Source: Girardia tigrina (taxonomy: Eukaryota). Taken from it: a stretch of DNA of 64,000 nt. The notes under the pieces are model-generated. The model made no database searches. It worked only from the letters and a program-made list of their open reading frames with translations, and was not told where the DNA came from. Positions within the stretch are counted from its first letter, which is position 1; the number at the start of each line of letters is the position of its first letter. The stretch is taken from assembly GCA_001938485.1 (NCBI GenBank), contig MQRK01178878.1, positions 1-64,000 of the forward strand. The letters are read 5' to 3'. The translations under genes and the position numbers were made by a program. Below are positions 23,590 to 35,420 of this stretch, in pieces.

Positions 23590-24714
23590 CTAAGGAATTT
23601 CTTGACCAGGTGTTTGCATTGATTGAAAAAAATTGATCGGATCATTACAAATTGACGGAAAATCGATTCCAGCAGGCTGATGCATTGAGGACGGGATTTG
23701 AGGTGGATTGGTCGGTACACCAATTCTGGCTGCTGTCGAAGAACATTTAAATACGGCATTTAGATTGGAATTTGATGATATCAATGGATTTGTCATCACA
23801 TTTGTCGGATATTGGTGACTTTGTTGATGGGCATTTCTTTGAAATAGGAAATTCGATTGATAATTGCTAGTTTGAGCCGAATATTGAGCCCCTTGGTTTT
23901 GATATGAGGAAGGTAGGGTTGTATTCCAGGACGATAATTTCTGATAACTTTCATGATAATTGGGAATTGTATTCGTATCGAACGTCATTAGAGGAGTTTG
24001 AATATGAGAATATCGAAATGACGGATCGATTGGGGATGCAGTTTCTGGTTGATAAGGAACTTGAGTACTAATACACTGATAAAAATATTGAAGATGCTCC
24101 ATCAAACCTTGATAAAGTGGGTTTTGATTGGTAATACCCTCACGATGAAGATATTTCGCTACTTCATTCAGACAATCTCTAAATCCGGCAATTTTACTTT
24201 CATAAATATTCGGATACATATTATACGTTTTAGAGGGATCTAATAAAAGAAAAATGATAATCCTAAACGAAAATTTAAAAATATCATTTTTACCTTTACT
24301 CTTCAGTTCTTTTAAATGATCAACCGCCAATTTAAGGATTTCCGCTTTTTCCAATTTCGTTGTGTTTTGTTTCGCTATCGCATTGGGAACGAGTTCCTTT
24401 AGTTCCGCTAAACTATTATTGATTCTATCGCGTCGACGTTTTTCGATTTTCTATGAAAAAGAAAAAATTGTTATTGTCTAAAAGAATAAATGTATATAAT
24501 TTTACTCCTCGACGTTTTTTCTTTTCGACATCCAGTTCTGGATTACCATTTCTAAACGAGAGAAAAAAACGAAATTATTATCAGTTTCTTAATTAATAAT
24601 AAAAAAAAACAATGAAAACTACTTAATATAATCTGAATAATTGTCATCCACATCACTATGGTATCGATCTGGCTCTAGTTTCAATTTTTTATTTTCTGGA
24701 ATATCAAGATGCAT
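23590..24714 (-). CDS. hey: Hey-family bHLH-Orange transcription factor; exons 24714-24623, 24551-24506, 24450-24294, 24239-23590
   Basis: Spliced protein [53 protein letters not shown] has Gly rather than Pro in the basic region, diagnostic of Hey. Orange domain GFRDCLNEVAKYL..EG...NPL...LMEHL. GT-AG introns of 71, 55 and 54 nt preserve frame. Confidence 0.92.
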
Positions 24715-24718
24715 GGAA

Positions 24719-24903
24719 CACGTGTAATGCCTTCTGTCGAAATATCGGGAAATATGTTCAATTCAGTGTAATTATTCCACGAACGTATGCGCTTTATTAA
24801 TAAACCAACTCTTACAAAATTAAAACTCATTATTTTCCTTAAAATTCTCACTTTTTCATTGGTCAATTCCGAAAAGTCAGGAAAAAATATTCTTTCAACC
24901 AAT
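24719..24903 (-). promoter_or_regulatory. Candidate Hey proximal promoter motifs
   Basis: CACGTG E-box 24719-24724; CSL/Su(H) site GTGAGAA 24845-24851 (minus); CCAAT motifs near 24858 and 24899. Motif matches only. Confidence 0.4.
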
Positions 24904-26195
24904 CAAATTGCATCGGTGTGCAATACACACACAACGATGGCGATTTATTGCACGTTTTAGTACCACTGGCAGCAATTAGCCTGTATTATAATAGACTTCT
25001 TTGATTCTTGAATTTTTCTTTTTATTATTTTTATTATTATATCTAATTTATTTCTTTCGAATTATTTCCGATATGATTTGTTTTTTTTTAATAAGAACTA
25101 TTCTTTAACGTAAAAATGGAATATTTTATTGAATAATATCACAAACAAAAAGAAAAATATAAGTAAAAAATAATAAAAGAAAATTAAAAAAAATATTTTT
25201 ATTGTTAAAAAACCACAAGAAAATTGTTAATGATGTAAAAATATTATTTAATTATTTTATCAAATAAAATAAACCGAAATTATGTTTGATTAACAAATTA
25301 ATCAGCAACCTGTTTCAAACGAACCTGTCCATTAATACCAAAGTTGTTCGCATCAAAAGTAGGTGTTATTAAAAACGAAGATAGGAAGCCCAATATTGAA
25401 ATAGACGTTGATTACCTAATTCGTTTTTTTTCGGTTATCTAACTTTCCTTATCATTGACATTTTCGAAGATAAAACTATTTTCTCTTACGCAATGAAAAC
25501 ACAATAATCCATCGGTTTTCCATGTTGTAAAGAATCGGGAAAAAAAGTGTAGGTGAAACTGTTAATCTTTACATGTAACAGGTGTGAATGGGGCTGAAGT
25601 AGGCAATAAACGATAGGACTGGGGGCTGTTCCACTTCAAATACCAACGGAAACTTGGCGATAATTTGTCAAATCAATGATGATAGTGTCAAGAAAACGTT
25701 GAAAATTTTTAAGATAAATGTAACAATGTACAAATCTGTCAAGAATGAATTTTCTTTAATATTCAAATGCGGTTAAATATACGGGGACATTGAAATAATA
25801 ATAATAACAATTATTATAATTATGATAAAATAATACTACTAATAAAAATAATAATCAGATGAAATGGTAATAATAATGAGCAAATGGCTTCGTGGTCATA
25901 CTATATTTTAACACCACAATCGACAAATTATGATTTTAATTGTAAAAGTAATTAATATTAATACACGCTCATTTTAAATTAAACATTTATTAATTTTTTA
26001 ATATCTATTTTTCAATGCCACTCATAAAACATTAAAAAATATGTACTATAATCGATCGTACTGACTCAGTACTACTGAGCAGGTTTTTCGTGCTCGGTTT
26101 TGTTTTTACGAATAAAATTTCAGACTACGCTGGTAAAGTTTCTATTCTTGTGGATTTAAAACACATTTCTAAAAATTATTCCAGTTCTAATTAAA

Positions 26196-26706
26196 AAGGC
26201 GCCCGCAGGATTTTTTCATGAGGGGAGCAAAATAAAAAATTTCTACTGTGTAGAATTTATTGTAAATAGCAATTTATTTATTTATTAGTTCAAAATTATA
26301 AAAATATAAATTATATTAATAAATAACATTACAAAGAAAATATTCAAATTGATAGTTATCAGAACAGGCATGTTTTTTCAAAACTATTTGCCGTAGGATA
26401 TTGTTTCTTAATAAGCTTTTGTACATTATTTATTTTTCCGGTCATCACAGAGCAAAAATATTTATGAAAATAATCTTTAATTCCTTGTTATTCATTTATT
26501 TGATTATTAATAACAATTTTAAGAATATAATTTTTCTCAGCCTATTTATCTAAAATATTTTTTTAGATTTTAGCAGCTAATATCCTTCTGGCATTATAAT
26601 TTTCAAATTTATTACTGAAATATTATTTTTTTCAATTTTTTTGAAAACATTATTTTTTCATGGGGGTGCAAATGTCCTCCCTTACCCTCCCCCAGTGGGA
26701 GGCCAT
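26196..26706. mobile_element. Decayed hAT-type MITE; related ends at about 28041 and 34452
   Basis: AGGCGCCCGCAGG...CCAGTGGGAGGCCAT degenerate termini. Internal CTCAGCCTATTT is shared in reverse with about 34567. Confidence 0.5.
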
Positions 26707-28276
26707 ATCTAATTACATTTTCATAAAAAGAAGTTCCTTGAAACAAATTCTCGTTGTTATCAAGCGATTACATGGATTTCTCTATCTATAATCTCACTAA
26801 AATAATGACATAAGTTAAAATAATTTTTATTAATATTATTATCATTATTACTATCCTTTTTTTGTAAACTTCATAAATAAAATAGTTAAAAAAGAGACTT
26901 TAAATTCCTCTAAAATAATATTAAAACATAAAAATATTAATTTGTCAAATTTCCGCATAGGAAACATTTCAAAAAATATTCCAAGACCTAAATGGTCGTC
27001 AAATAGATAAGTGCTTCTGTGTATTTTTGAAGAGTCACCGGAAGAGTATTTCCAAAATCGAGTTTTCCATATCTGACCCGCCCCAAAAATAACAAAAAAT
27101 AATTTCCTCCCAAAAATCTCTTTTAGTCTTTCGAATAATAAAGACAAAAATTATTTAAAAGGGAAAAAACGAAAAATTAATTTTCAATAAAACCCCGCGA
27201 AATCGTTGGAGATTAAAATATCAAATGATTTTTCCTATATAATTTTGTTGTTGTTTCGTAATAAATAATGCATAGGGAAAAGTATTTGATTGATGAATAA
27301 ATGAATTTGTTCAAGACGCTAACGACATTAGAACTGCTCATCGGTATGCCAGCTGCTCTTGCATCAACTGATTACGACTTCTTGGCAAATTGCAGCACAG
27401 ACCGAGAGGTACTCGAACCGGTTTACCGTGTGTAGATGTGGTTACTTAATGGGAGACGATATTTTGTAACGGTCTCTATGGCAGACCGGTGGCCTCATCC
27501 CAGTTGCTAGGTCATACCAATTGTCATCGAGCCAGCCTGAGGTTGCCAGTCAAATAGGTTGTTTCATATGTTTTATTTAACATTAAACTATTTTCCCTTT
27601 TTTTGGTTTTCGTTTAACAAAAAAAAAACAACAACAAAAATATTGGAAAAAAATCCACCCCGCTCAATACGTTCGAGAAGATTAAATTAAGGTATGAGAT
27701 TTTCCTGCGAAGACTTCTTTAAAAGAAAATTTTTTAATTGATTTATTTATTAGTTTTATCACTAATATTTTTGAGAAATAAATTAATTATGACTTTTAGT
27801 TTTTTTTTTAAAAAAATCATTTTATTTTTTATCAGTTTATACTAATTTAAAAATAATGTATAATAATAATTATTAAATAATAATAATTAAAACTATTATT
27901 ATTGTCTGAATTGTGTTAGTATTAATTAATGTTATAATTATATAGATTATTTTTAACAAGCTTTTGAAAATAATTAAATGATAAAAAAACAATACGTGAT
28001 TAATATTTTTTTAACATAAAGTGTTTTATAGTTATACTTGTAGGCGCCCATAGCGGGAGACAGGAAGATTAAAAAGTCCCCCTGAACGAAGATGTTTTTA
28101 AAAAAATGTAGAAAAACATTTATTTCACTAAGAATTTTGAAAATTATAATTAGATGCTAAAAGGGTATTGGATACTAAAATCTGCAAATATTTTTTTAGA
28201 TAAATAAGCAGCGGAAAATTCCATTCCAAATTCTGAAAATTATTTTGAAGAATCGAAATATACGGATGTCTTTTTC

Positions 28277-28547
28277 CAGTAGCGCAACCAGAGATGGTGC
28301 AAGGGTGCATTTGCACCCCCATAAATATTCTAATTATATTTAAAATTTATAAAAAAATAAAAATGAAATGAATTTAATTTGAAAATTCGACTCAAATTCA
28401 AATTCCTATACTCATTTGTAAAATTAACATTATTTAAGTTCATGTATTTATTCAGCGTCTTATAAGAAATCAATTAAATACATATTTTTTGAAATCTTTA
28501 ATATGTTAAAAATTATTTTTTGCACCCCCCCCAATAAGAATTCCTGT
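28277..28547. mobile_element. hAT-type MITE remnant
   Basis: CAGTAGCGCAACCAG left end with GGGTGCA..TGCACCCCC subterminal motifs; right end truncated. Confidence 0.4.
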
Positions 28548-30247
28548 TTTTTTTATTTTTCTTTTTAAACGTTTTACAGCGGTAGAAAAATGGATTAATA
28601 AAAAAATAACGAAAGATAAAAGATATTTTTGATTTTTTAATTATTTTTTTTATTTTGCCACTTTTAATTTTTTTCATGCCACTTATAACAGATAATGGTA
28701 AATCGGGGATGGGTCGTTTTTATGTTAAAACGTTTTAGAACTTATAAAAGATTTTTGTTTGAATTTACTAAATATACATAGCAATATAATTGTATATAGT
28801 AAGGATGTCTCAGACAAACTTTGTTAAAAAAGAAAACCTTTATTTAATCTATCCAGAAAATCTTGATAGGTTTAAGGAATTTAATTTCAGATTTACACTT
28901 TCCATTCGGATGTTTTATGGAAATGAATGCGGAAACTCTTAAAACTTAAAAAAAATTAAGAAAAGAACGAATCACTTCTTTATGTTATCTTACTTTCCCT
29001 AAAAAGCCAAACTCTGCAATTGTCTTTTATTGTTTGGACCGTAATAGCCAACAGCTGCCTATGATGCTTCCTATCGGTACCCTCATCAATATATGCCGAT
29101 TTACACATTTCCGCTAAGGATACTTGACATTTTTGATTTCGGTATTCTTCTACTGTTAAAACCCGCATGATCTCTAATTATATAGTGAGATAGCTTTTAT
29201 ATTTAATCCGATATAGGAGCTCACTCAGCGTCATCATGACTGCCATTTGTATCCCGACGTCTTACCTATCTCCATTGTTTGATTTACTAGTGTAATTTAG
29301 TATTATTGAAGCAGACTTGAAACAGCAATTTATTTCCCTTATTTTTATATATCGATATAAATTTAATTAATACTGCTCTAACCTTATAAATGGTCGTCTT
29401 CGGCACTCTGAAAATAAAAAAAACATAAGCATGAAACTAAAGCTATTCTATATTTTTTATATACCAAATATTGGATCAACCCCTTGACTTCCTGATTCGA
29501 GGTATACTTTTTAAAATAAGCACAATTTCAATAACTCAGGCATATTATGTTACTGTAAATGTTCACAACAAAATAAAAGTAATAAAATATTCAATAAAAT
29601 TACAATAAAATCAAAATAAGAGTCACAAATAAAACTTTTCAACAAAACCAAGTAATTTTTTAAAGAAAGTGAACGTTTAGAGGCAAGTGGATGGGTTGAT
29701 CGGGCGTCCCGTCGTGGCATTAAAACTGAGGCTGGGATTCGAGTCTTTGAGAATATTAATATATATATTTGAATTGCTTTATTAAATTTTTTTATTAACC
29801 ATTAAATAGTTTAATATAATTAAAAAATTTCTTAAGTACAAAAATATAAAATAATAAAAGTTTCAAATAATAAATTCATCAAGAATTATCAAAGCGTCAT
29901 ACTTTACCGGAAGACAATTATACAAAGAATTACAAGATTTTAAATTGAAGAGATGGGAGTTCGGAGTTTGAAATGTTTCATCTACAACGTATCTTCTTTG
30001 TAGCTTATCGAAAATAAGTTCAAGAAAAATACAACCTATGAATAAAACAACACTGCTTACTTAATCTAGACGTGAACTGTCTAATATAATAAATGCATTC
30101 GTCTAAAAGTCTTCAAAAGGTACTCATTCTCACCGTCTTTAGGGTTATCAAAGGAATTATTCTTGTCAAATCACTATCACATTTTAGTCGAAAGTCGTAT
30201 AGCAATTTAGAAAACTTTGTAAAAAAATATTTCTGTGTTCCTTAATA

Positions 30248-31055
30248 TTAGGTTGATGCAAAAGAAATGTCGTTTTTTAACCGTCAACTTTAAATGAACA
30301 TAACTTTCTGTAGAATTAACTTTATTAGTCAAAATAAAAACCATTAAATTGAACACACTGTTGCCAACGAGTAACAAGTTTTTATTCCAGTTTCATAAAA
30401 TTCTGGAGTTCTGGAGGCATCTCCTTGGTTTCTGAAGCATTTTTTGCGAAAGAATTGACTGAAATGTTTGAAAAGGTGATAGCCTGTAGGAGAAAGGTCT
30501 GGTGAGTACGGTGGACGAGGCAAAGTGTCCTATCGCAGTTCGTTTAACTTCAGCATGGTCTTTCTTGCAACATATGGACGAGCGTTGTCATGTAGAAGAA
30601 TTGACCCATTTCTATTGAGTAATGTCGGCCGTTTTTTGTAGTTCTTGGTGCATTTTGTCAATTTGCTGACAATACTTTTCCGCTGTAATTGTTTCGCCTT
30701 GTTTTATGAAGCTGTAATGGATTAAACCGTGTGCGAACCACCAAACAGTTACCATGACTTTTTTGGTGTAAATTTGGTAATATATATATAGACAACCGGC
30801 GACGTTCAGCTCAGTGGTTGGATTTCAATGAGGCTCCAAAGCCTTTCCCGAAGCCAAATTTACACCAAAAAAGTCATGGTAACTGTTTGGTGGTCCGCAC
30901 ACGGTTTAATTCATTACAGCTTCTTATCCATTACAAGGCGAAACAAATACAGTGGAAAAGTATTGTCAGCAAATTGACAAAATGCACCAAGAACTACAAA
31001 AAAACGGCCGGCATTACTCAATAGAAATTGGTCAATTCTTCTACATGACAACGCT
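30248..31055 (-). mobile_element. Rearranged mariner fragment with a fold-back duplication
   Basis: TIR TTAGGTTGATGCAAAAG after TA; PPYSPDLSPT and LHDNARP motifs on the minus strand; 30581-30777 is repeated in inverted orientation at 30854-31055. Confidence 0.85.
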
Positions 31056-31145
31056 ACTATATACTACTTTCTATACTACTATGAATTGAAAGGTGCATGG
31101 ATATAATTTAATGAATATATTAAATCTTAAATTTAATTAAAATTG

Positions 31146-32612
31146 TTTTCTACAGTTTGATTGACTTAAAATAATACGAATTTTCAGGCCGTGACAAATA
31201 AATCTTTCAATAGGAAACATTTTACTTACTCTCAGAGCTTTTCGACCATGAAGTATCTGAAAATATGAATGCTTAATCAAATGACTGAAGACAAATTCCC
31301 TAATTTTCTATTATATCTGTTGATGCAGGAGGATAATTTAGAATGATTTGCAAGCCATAATTATCAATGCTTGATTTCCTATTATTCCATGACAATATAA
31401 GTAAACATTTACAAATGATCCCCGATGCTCGGATGGCTGTTAGCAGTCAGATCATTAAATTTCAAATTTGAAATTCAGAAAATCGTGTTTGTTGCAATTT
31501 TGAATCAATTAAAATTTTACTTATTTATTTTAGATCAAAATTTATTCATTTTAAATTGAAGAAAATCAGAATCATGAAATTCAAATGACCTATAAAATAT
31601 ATGTGTTGTGTACCACAACATTTTACAAAAAACATTACAAAATACTCATTGCAAAATTTTTATTTGTTCGTGTAAAAAAAGAGTTTTCTTTCTTTCAAAA
31701 ATAAAGAGTTAATTTTCATGTAAAAATTATTTTCTAACGTGAAGGAAAAAGGATGTTCTTTTAATAATTTACTTTAATAAAAATTAAAAAATGTCGAGTC
31801 GACTTATTTTTCAAATATGAATATAAATATGAACAAAGATCTGGAAAACCTGTCGTTTATCGTTTACACTTGTCATCGATCGTTTTTTTCAAAACAATCA
31901 AGCGACAAGAGCGCCAAATAATTGACGGTCGAAAACAAAAATTGTCCCACGGAGAAACCTCGTCGAAATCGCGCAAATTGCGCTCGAATTCATCGAAGCC
32001 GATCGATAAAGAATCGATATCACTCGATGTCGAGATTTAGTCCGCACTGATCGAGAGAGCCGCGGACGCCCCACGAGCGGAACGGTCGACCCGGCGACTA
32101 TACGAACCGAATTTTATATCGGTCATACTTACTGCCGGAACAGTTCAGGTCGAACCGCTAATCTTATTATAACATATATTTAATAGTGTGAAATTCAAGA
32201 TGTATCTATAAATTTGAAGCAAGTACTAATGGTTTGTACGTTAATTCTGGCCACCAATAACATGATCTTCGAGGAGCGTCAAAGTCACGCTTTGTTGTCA
32301 ATGAAAACGGTAATAATTTGATTTTATACACGTTTTCGAGACCCATATACAATATGGGATTTGTTTAATGTCAAAAATTGTTTTATAATCTATAATTTTG
32401 ATAGCCACATCTTTTGTAAATTATCCTCCTGCATCAACAAATATAATAGTAAATTAGGGAATTTGTCTTCAGTCATTTTATTAAGCATCCATATTTTCAG
32501 ATACTTCAGGGTCGATAAGCTCTGAGAGTCAGTAAAATGTTTCCTATTGAAAGATTTCTTTGTCAGGGCCTGAAAATTTAGTATAGGTTTAAGTCAATCA
32601 AACTGTAGAAAA
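31146..32612. repeat. About 195-bp inverted repeat (31146-31340 / 32417-32612) made of a decayed hAT C-terminal fragment
   Basis: Arms about 90% identical by eye; the right arm translates to SLSTLKYLKIWMLNKMTEDKFPNL, resembling the hAT dimerization motif. Confidence 0.8.
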
Positions 32613-32716
32613 GTTCCATGTTAGAGATGATTAATTTTGCCGCAATGCATGTAACTACCCAGCAGTTCAAAAGTCTCTAGTGCTGAAATGGATCCATCCG
32701 TAATCGGAATTATACT

Positions 32717-33227
32717 TACGGTGACCAGACGTCCAGCTTTTGGCGAGACAGTCCAAATTTTTCATAATTTGTCCCCGTCCCGCGACGTTTTTCAAAAGTC
32801 CCGATTTTTAGAATTAAATTAAATTTTCTATTTATGAAAATAATTGTTTTGCATTCTAAGAATCCTTCAATTTGTTTTGCGTTCTAAGAATCCTACGGAC
32901 TACGACGACTAACATATTGCTTTTGCTACCCAGGTACATTGCATTTGTCTCTCAGATGATACATTTCGTGTTCGTACTGCGTGCTAGCAAGCTAATTAAA
33001 CAAATAAATATTGCAAATCTGCTACTTACTATAGAAAATTAAGGTATGTAATTTATTTATATATTTCATAAATACATAAATTTTATTATACTTAAATATT
33101 ATGCATTTTTTATATTTATAAATTGTACTTATGTTAAAAATAAAAATATATTATGATATTATATTTTTGATAACCCCCCTCCTTCAGAGTTGTCCTGCTT
33201 TGCCCATCTAAAAATCTGGTCACATTA
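32717..33227. mobile_element. hAT Blackjack-like MITE
   Basis: TIRs TACGGTGACCAGA / TCTGGTCACATTA; imperfect 8-bp TSD ATTATACT / GTTACACT. Confidence 0.7.
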
Positions 33228-33999
33228 GTTACACTATAAAACTCTTTTCAATATTTAATTACATCCAAAACATACTTCAGATTTACTAAGTGTTTATTTT
33301 TTAAAAGTTATATCCAAAAGATGTGACTATCGAAATTTTCCTGCCTCTGTTATTGCGAGGAATATTTTAAATTGTTTGAATGTGTAAATGTATGGATGCT
33401 GTATGTTGATTTAAGTATGTTGAATTTAGAATGGGGATTCTCCCACCCAGATGGAAATTGGTATTTTTTTAATTAAATTTAAAGGATTGACTATTCGAAC
33501 ATAATTAAAATAATCATTTTATAATTTCATATTTTTAATTTGACAATTAAAATTAAGTTTAATAATTTTTAGTAAAATTTAAATTAAATGCGTTTTTAAT
33601 AATTAATTGACATTTTTATTATTTTGGGATTTATTGAGAAATGGTAAAAATTATTATTTTTTAATTAATATTTTTTAGAGGTTAAATATTTTAAAAAAAT
33701 AACTTTGAAAAATTGTTCGAATAACGATGGCAAACGATGAAAGACCTTCTGAGAGTCATAATGACTATAAATGTAATTGTAATAAAAATTCAAATGAGAC
33801 TTGTCTAAATGTTCTTAATAGTTATGTTAAAAGTAGGCGTTGATTCTTTATGAGATGTTCCTGCTATAAAAATAAATATTTTTCGTGTTCCTTTTTCTAC
33901 GGTAGTTTACTTTAGCTCATTTTCAAATTAACGTAGTTATTGATCAAAATATGTAATATTGTCATCTTTAATTTTCATCTTCGAAAATTAATAGTATAT

Positions 34000-34310
34000 T
34001 CATAAGTCTTAAAGACACCACGTTAAAAAGTTGTGGCAAATGGTAGCGATGAATCATGAGCACTTTATGATGGATCCCACAACACGGTTATCTTCAGTTC
34101 ATCATTATCTACCTGTGTTCCTGGGTTACTCCGAAACTCATTATTGAGGTTAAAATTACCTTTCATGAATTCCTTGAACCAAGTTCAGACTGTTTGTTGC
34201 TTAGTAGTATTGTATACGAAAACACTATCGAGGTTTTGCTTGGTTTCTGATGCTGAGGTTACCCGTAGGAACTCATAATATTTCGAATTTCTGCCTTTTC
34301 AATTTTTTTA
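34000..34310 (-). mobile_element. Internally deleted mariner remnant
   Basis: YEFLRVTSASET...TWFKEFMKGNFNL...VDNDELK N-terminal HTH-like sequence. Confidence 0.55.
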
Positions 34311-34451
34311 AATACTGATTATTAAAACAAATTATCAATAACTTTAATTAATTTTTATTGGTGTTCAATAGCCCAGATATGCAGCAATCAAACAAAAACT
34401 GAGCAACAAAATATTGAGTTTTTGCCAAATTATAACTTTTTGAATTTATTG

Positions 34452-35000
34452 CATGGGCGCTCACAGAGGGAGGCAAGTTAAAGCTTTTCCCCCAGGACAA
34501 ATAATGTTTTAAAAAAATTGTTCAACTAAGAAATTGGATTTTTTTTATTTTTTTAATAGGAAAATAAATAGGCTGAGGAAAATTACATTCTAAAATTCTA
34601 TTCCGCAAATAGATTAGTTTTTATTCCATACCTTGATTTATTATTAATGTCTTTATATGAAAGATTATCTGAAGATAATCAACCTGCTTCTTTACTTTAT
34701 GAACTGCTTCCCAGTAATATGCGCCAAAAGTAAATTATGAAGAAATTATAAACAAAATTCATGATAAATATGGTTGTTTTTTTGGATAATTACAAAGCAG
34801 AAGGAAAATTTGGTTTGCTTATTGGAAAGATAAGCCAAAGAAAGAAATTTAAAATCAAAGTATATTGGATTTAATACAACATTTATCGGAATTTTATCCT
34901 TCAGTTTTTGGCACTTTGTTTTGCTTTTACTCTTCCAACAACTACTTGTACAGTAGAAAGATCTTTCAGTACCTTACACGGGATTCAAACTTGGTTCAAG
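34452..35000 (+). mobile_element. hAT remnant with dimerization domain
   Basis: TLPTTTCTVERSFSTL at about 34930-34980; CATGGGCGCTCACAG terminus. Confidence 0.65.
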
Positions 35001-35297
35001 TTAAATACAAGGGACTGTAGCTCATTAAATCCAACTTATTGTCGTAGTCTGCAAAACCACTTAGAGTAAGTCACAGATAAATGCGTACTTAACTCATTCG
35101 GCAGTGAAAAACTATTATAGAATTGCCAAAAGAAAGCCTTTTTACGTCCAGATAGACTATTCATTAACAGGGGTGTGCATACGATTTCGTTCTGGGGGGC
35201 CATGATACAAACTTTGGTGAACAAATTGCTTTGGACTAAGTGAGAACAATGGCTCTAAGGGAGTACGAAGGTGTGGGTATTTTTAGCACTCTGTTTT

Positions 35298-35298
<1 letters not shown>

Positions 35299-35349
<51 letters not shown>

Positions 35350-35420
35350 TGAGTTCTTATATAGCCATAATTCCCAAGTGAACTCGGCTCAAAACGCTCT
35401 ACAGTCACGTCAATACATCC
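35299..35420 (-). mobile_element. L2/CR1-type LINE or SINE 3' end with (ATT)n tail
   Basis: Minus strand TGTAGAGCGTTTTGAG...GGCTATATAAG followed by an (ATT)n tract at 35299-35348. Confidence 0.5.

Noticed and set aside
27300-27570. GC-elevated patch as an ncRNA or exon
   Set aside because: No ORF, motif or convincing fold recognised.
29680-29750. tRNA gene
   Set aside because: A- and B-box-like motifs only, with no cloverleaf; at best a decayed SINE head.
32124-32160. U1 snRNA (ATACTTAC start)
   Set aside because: Similarity stops after 8 nt; it is the complement of a splice-donor-like motif.
31146-32612. Long-TIR transposon
   Set aside because: No TSD, and the arms are hAT coding remnants rather than termini.
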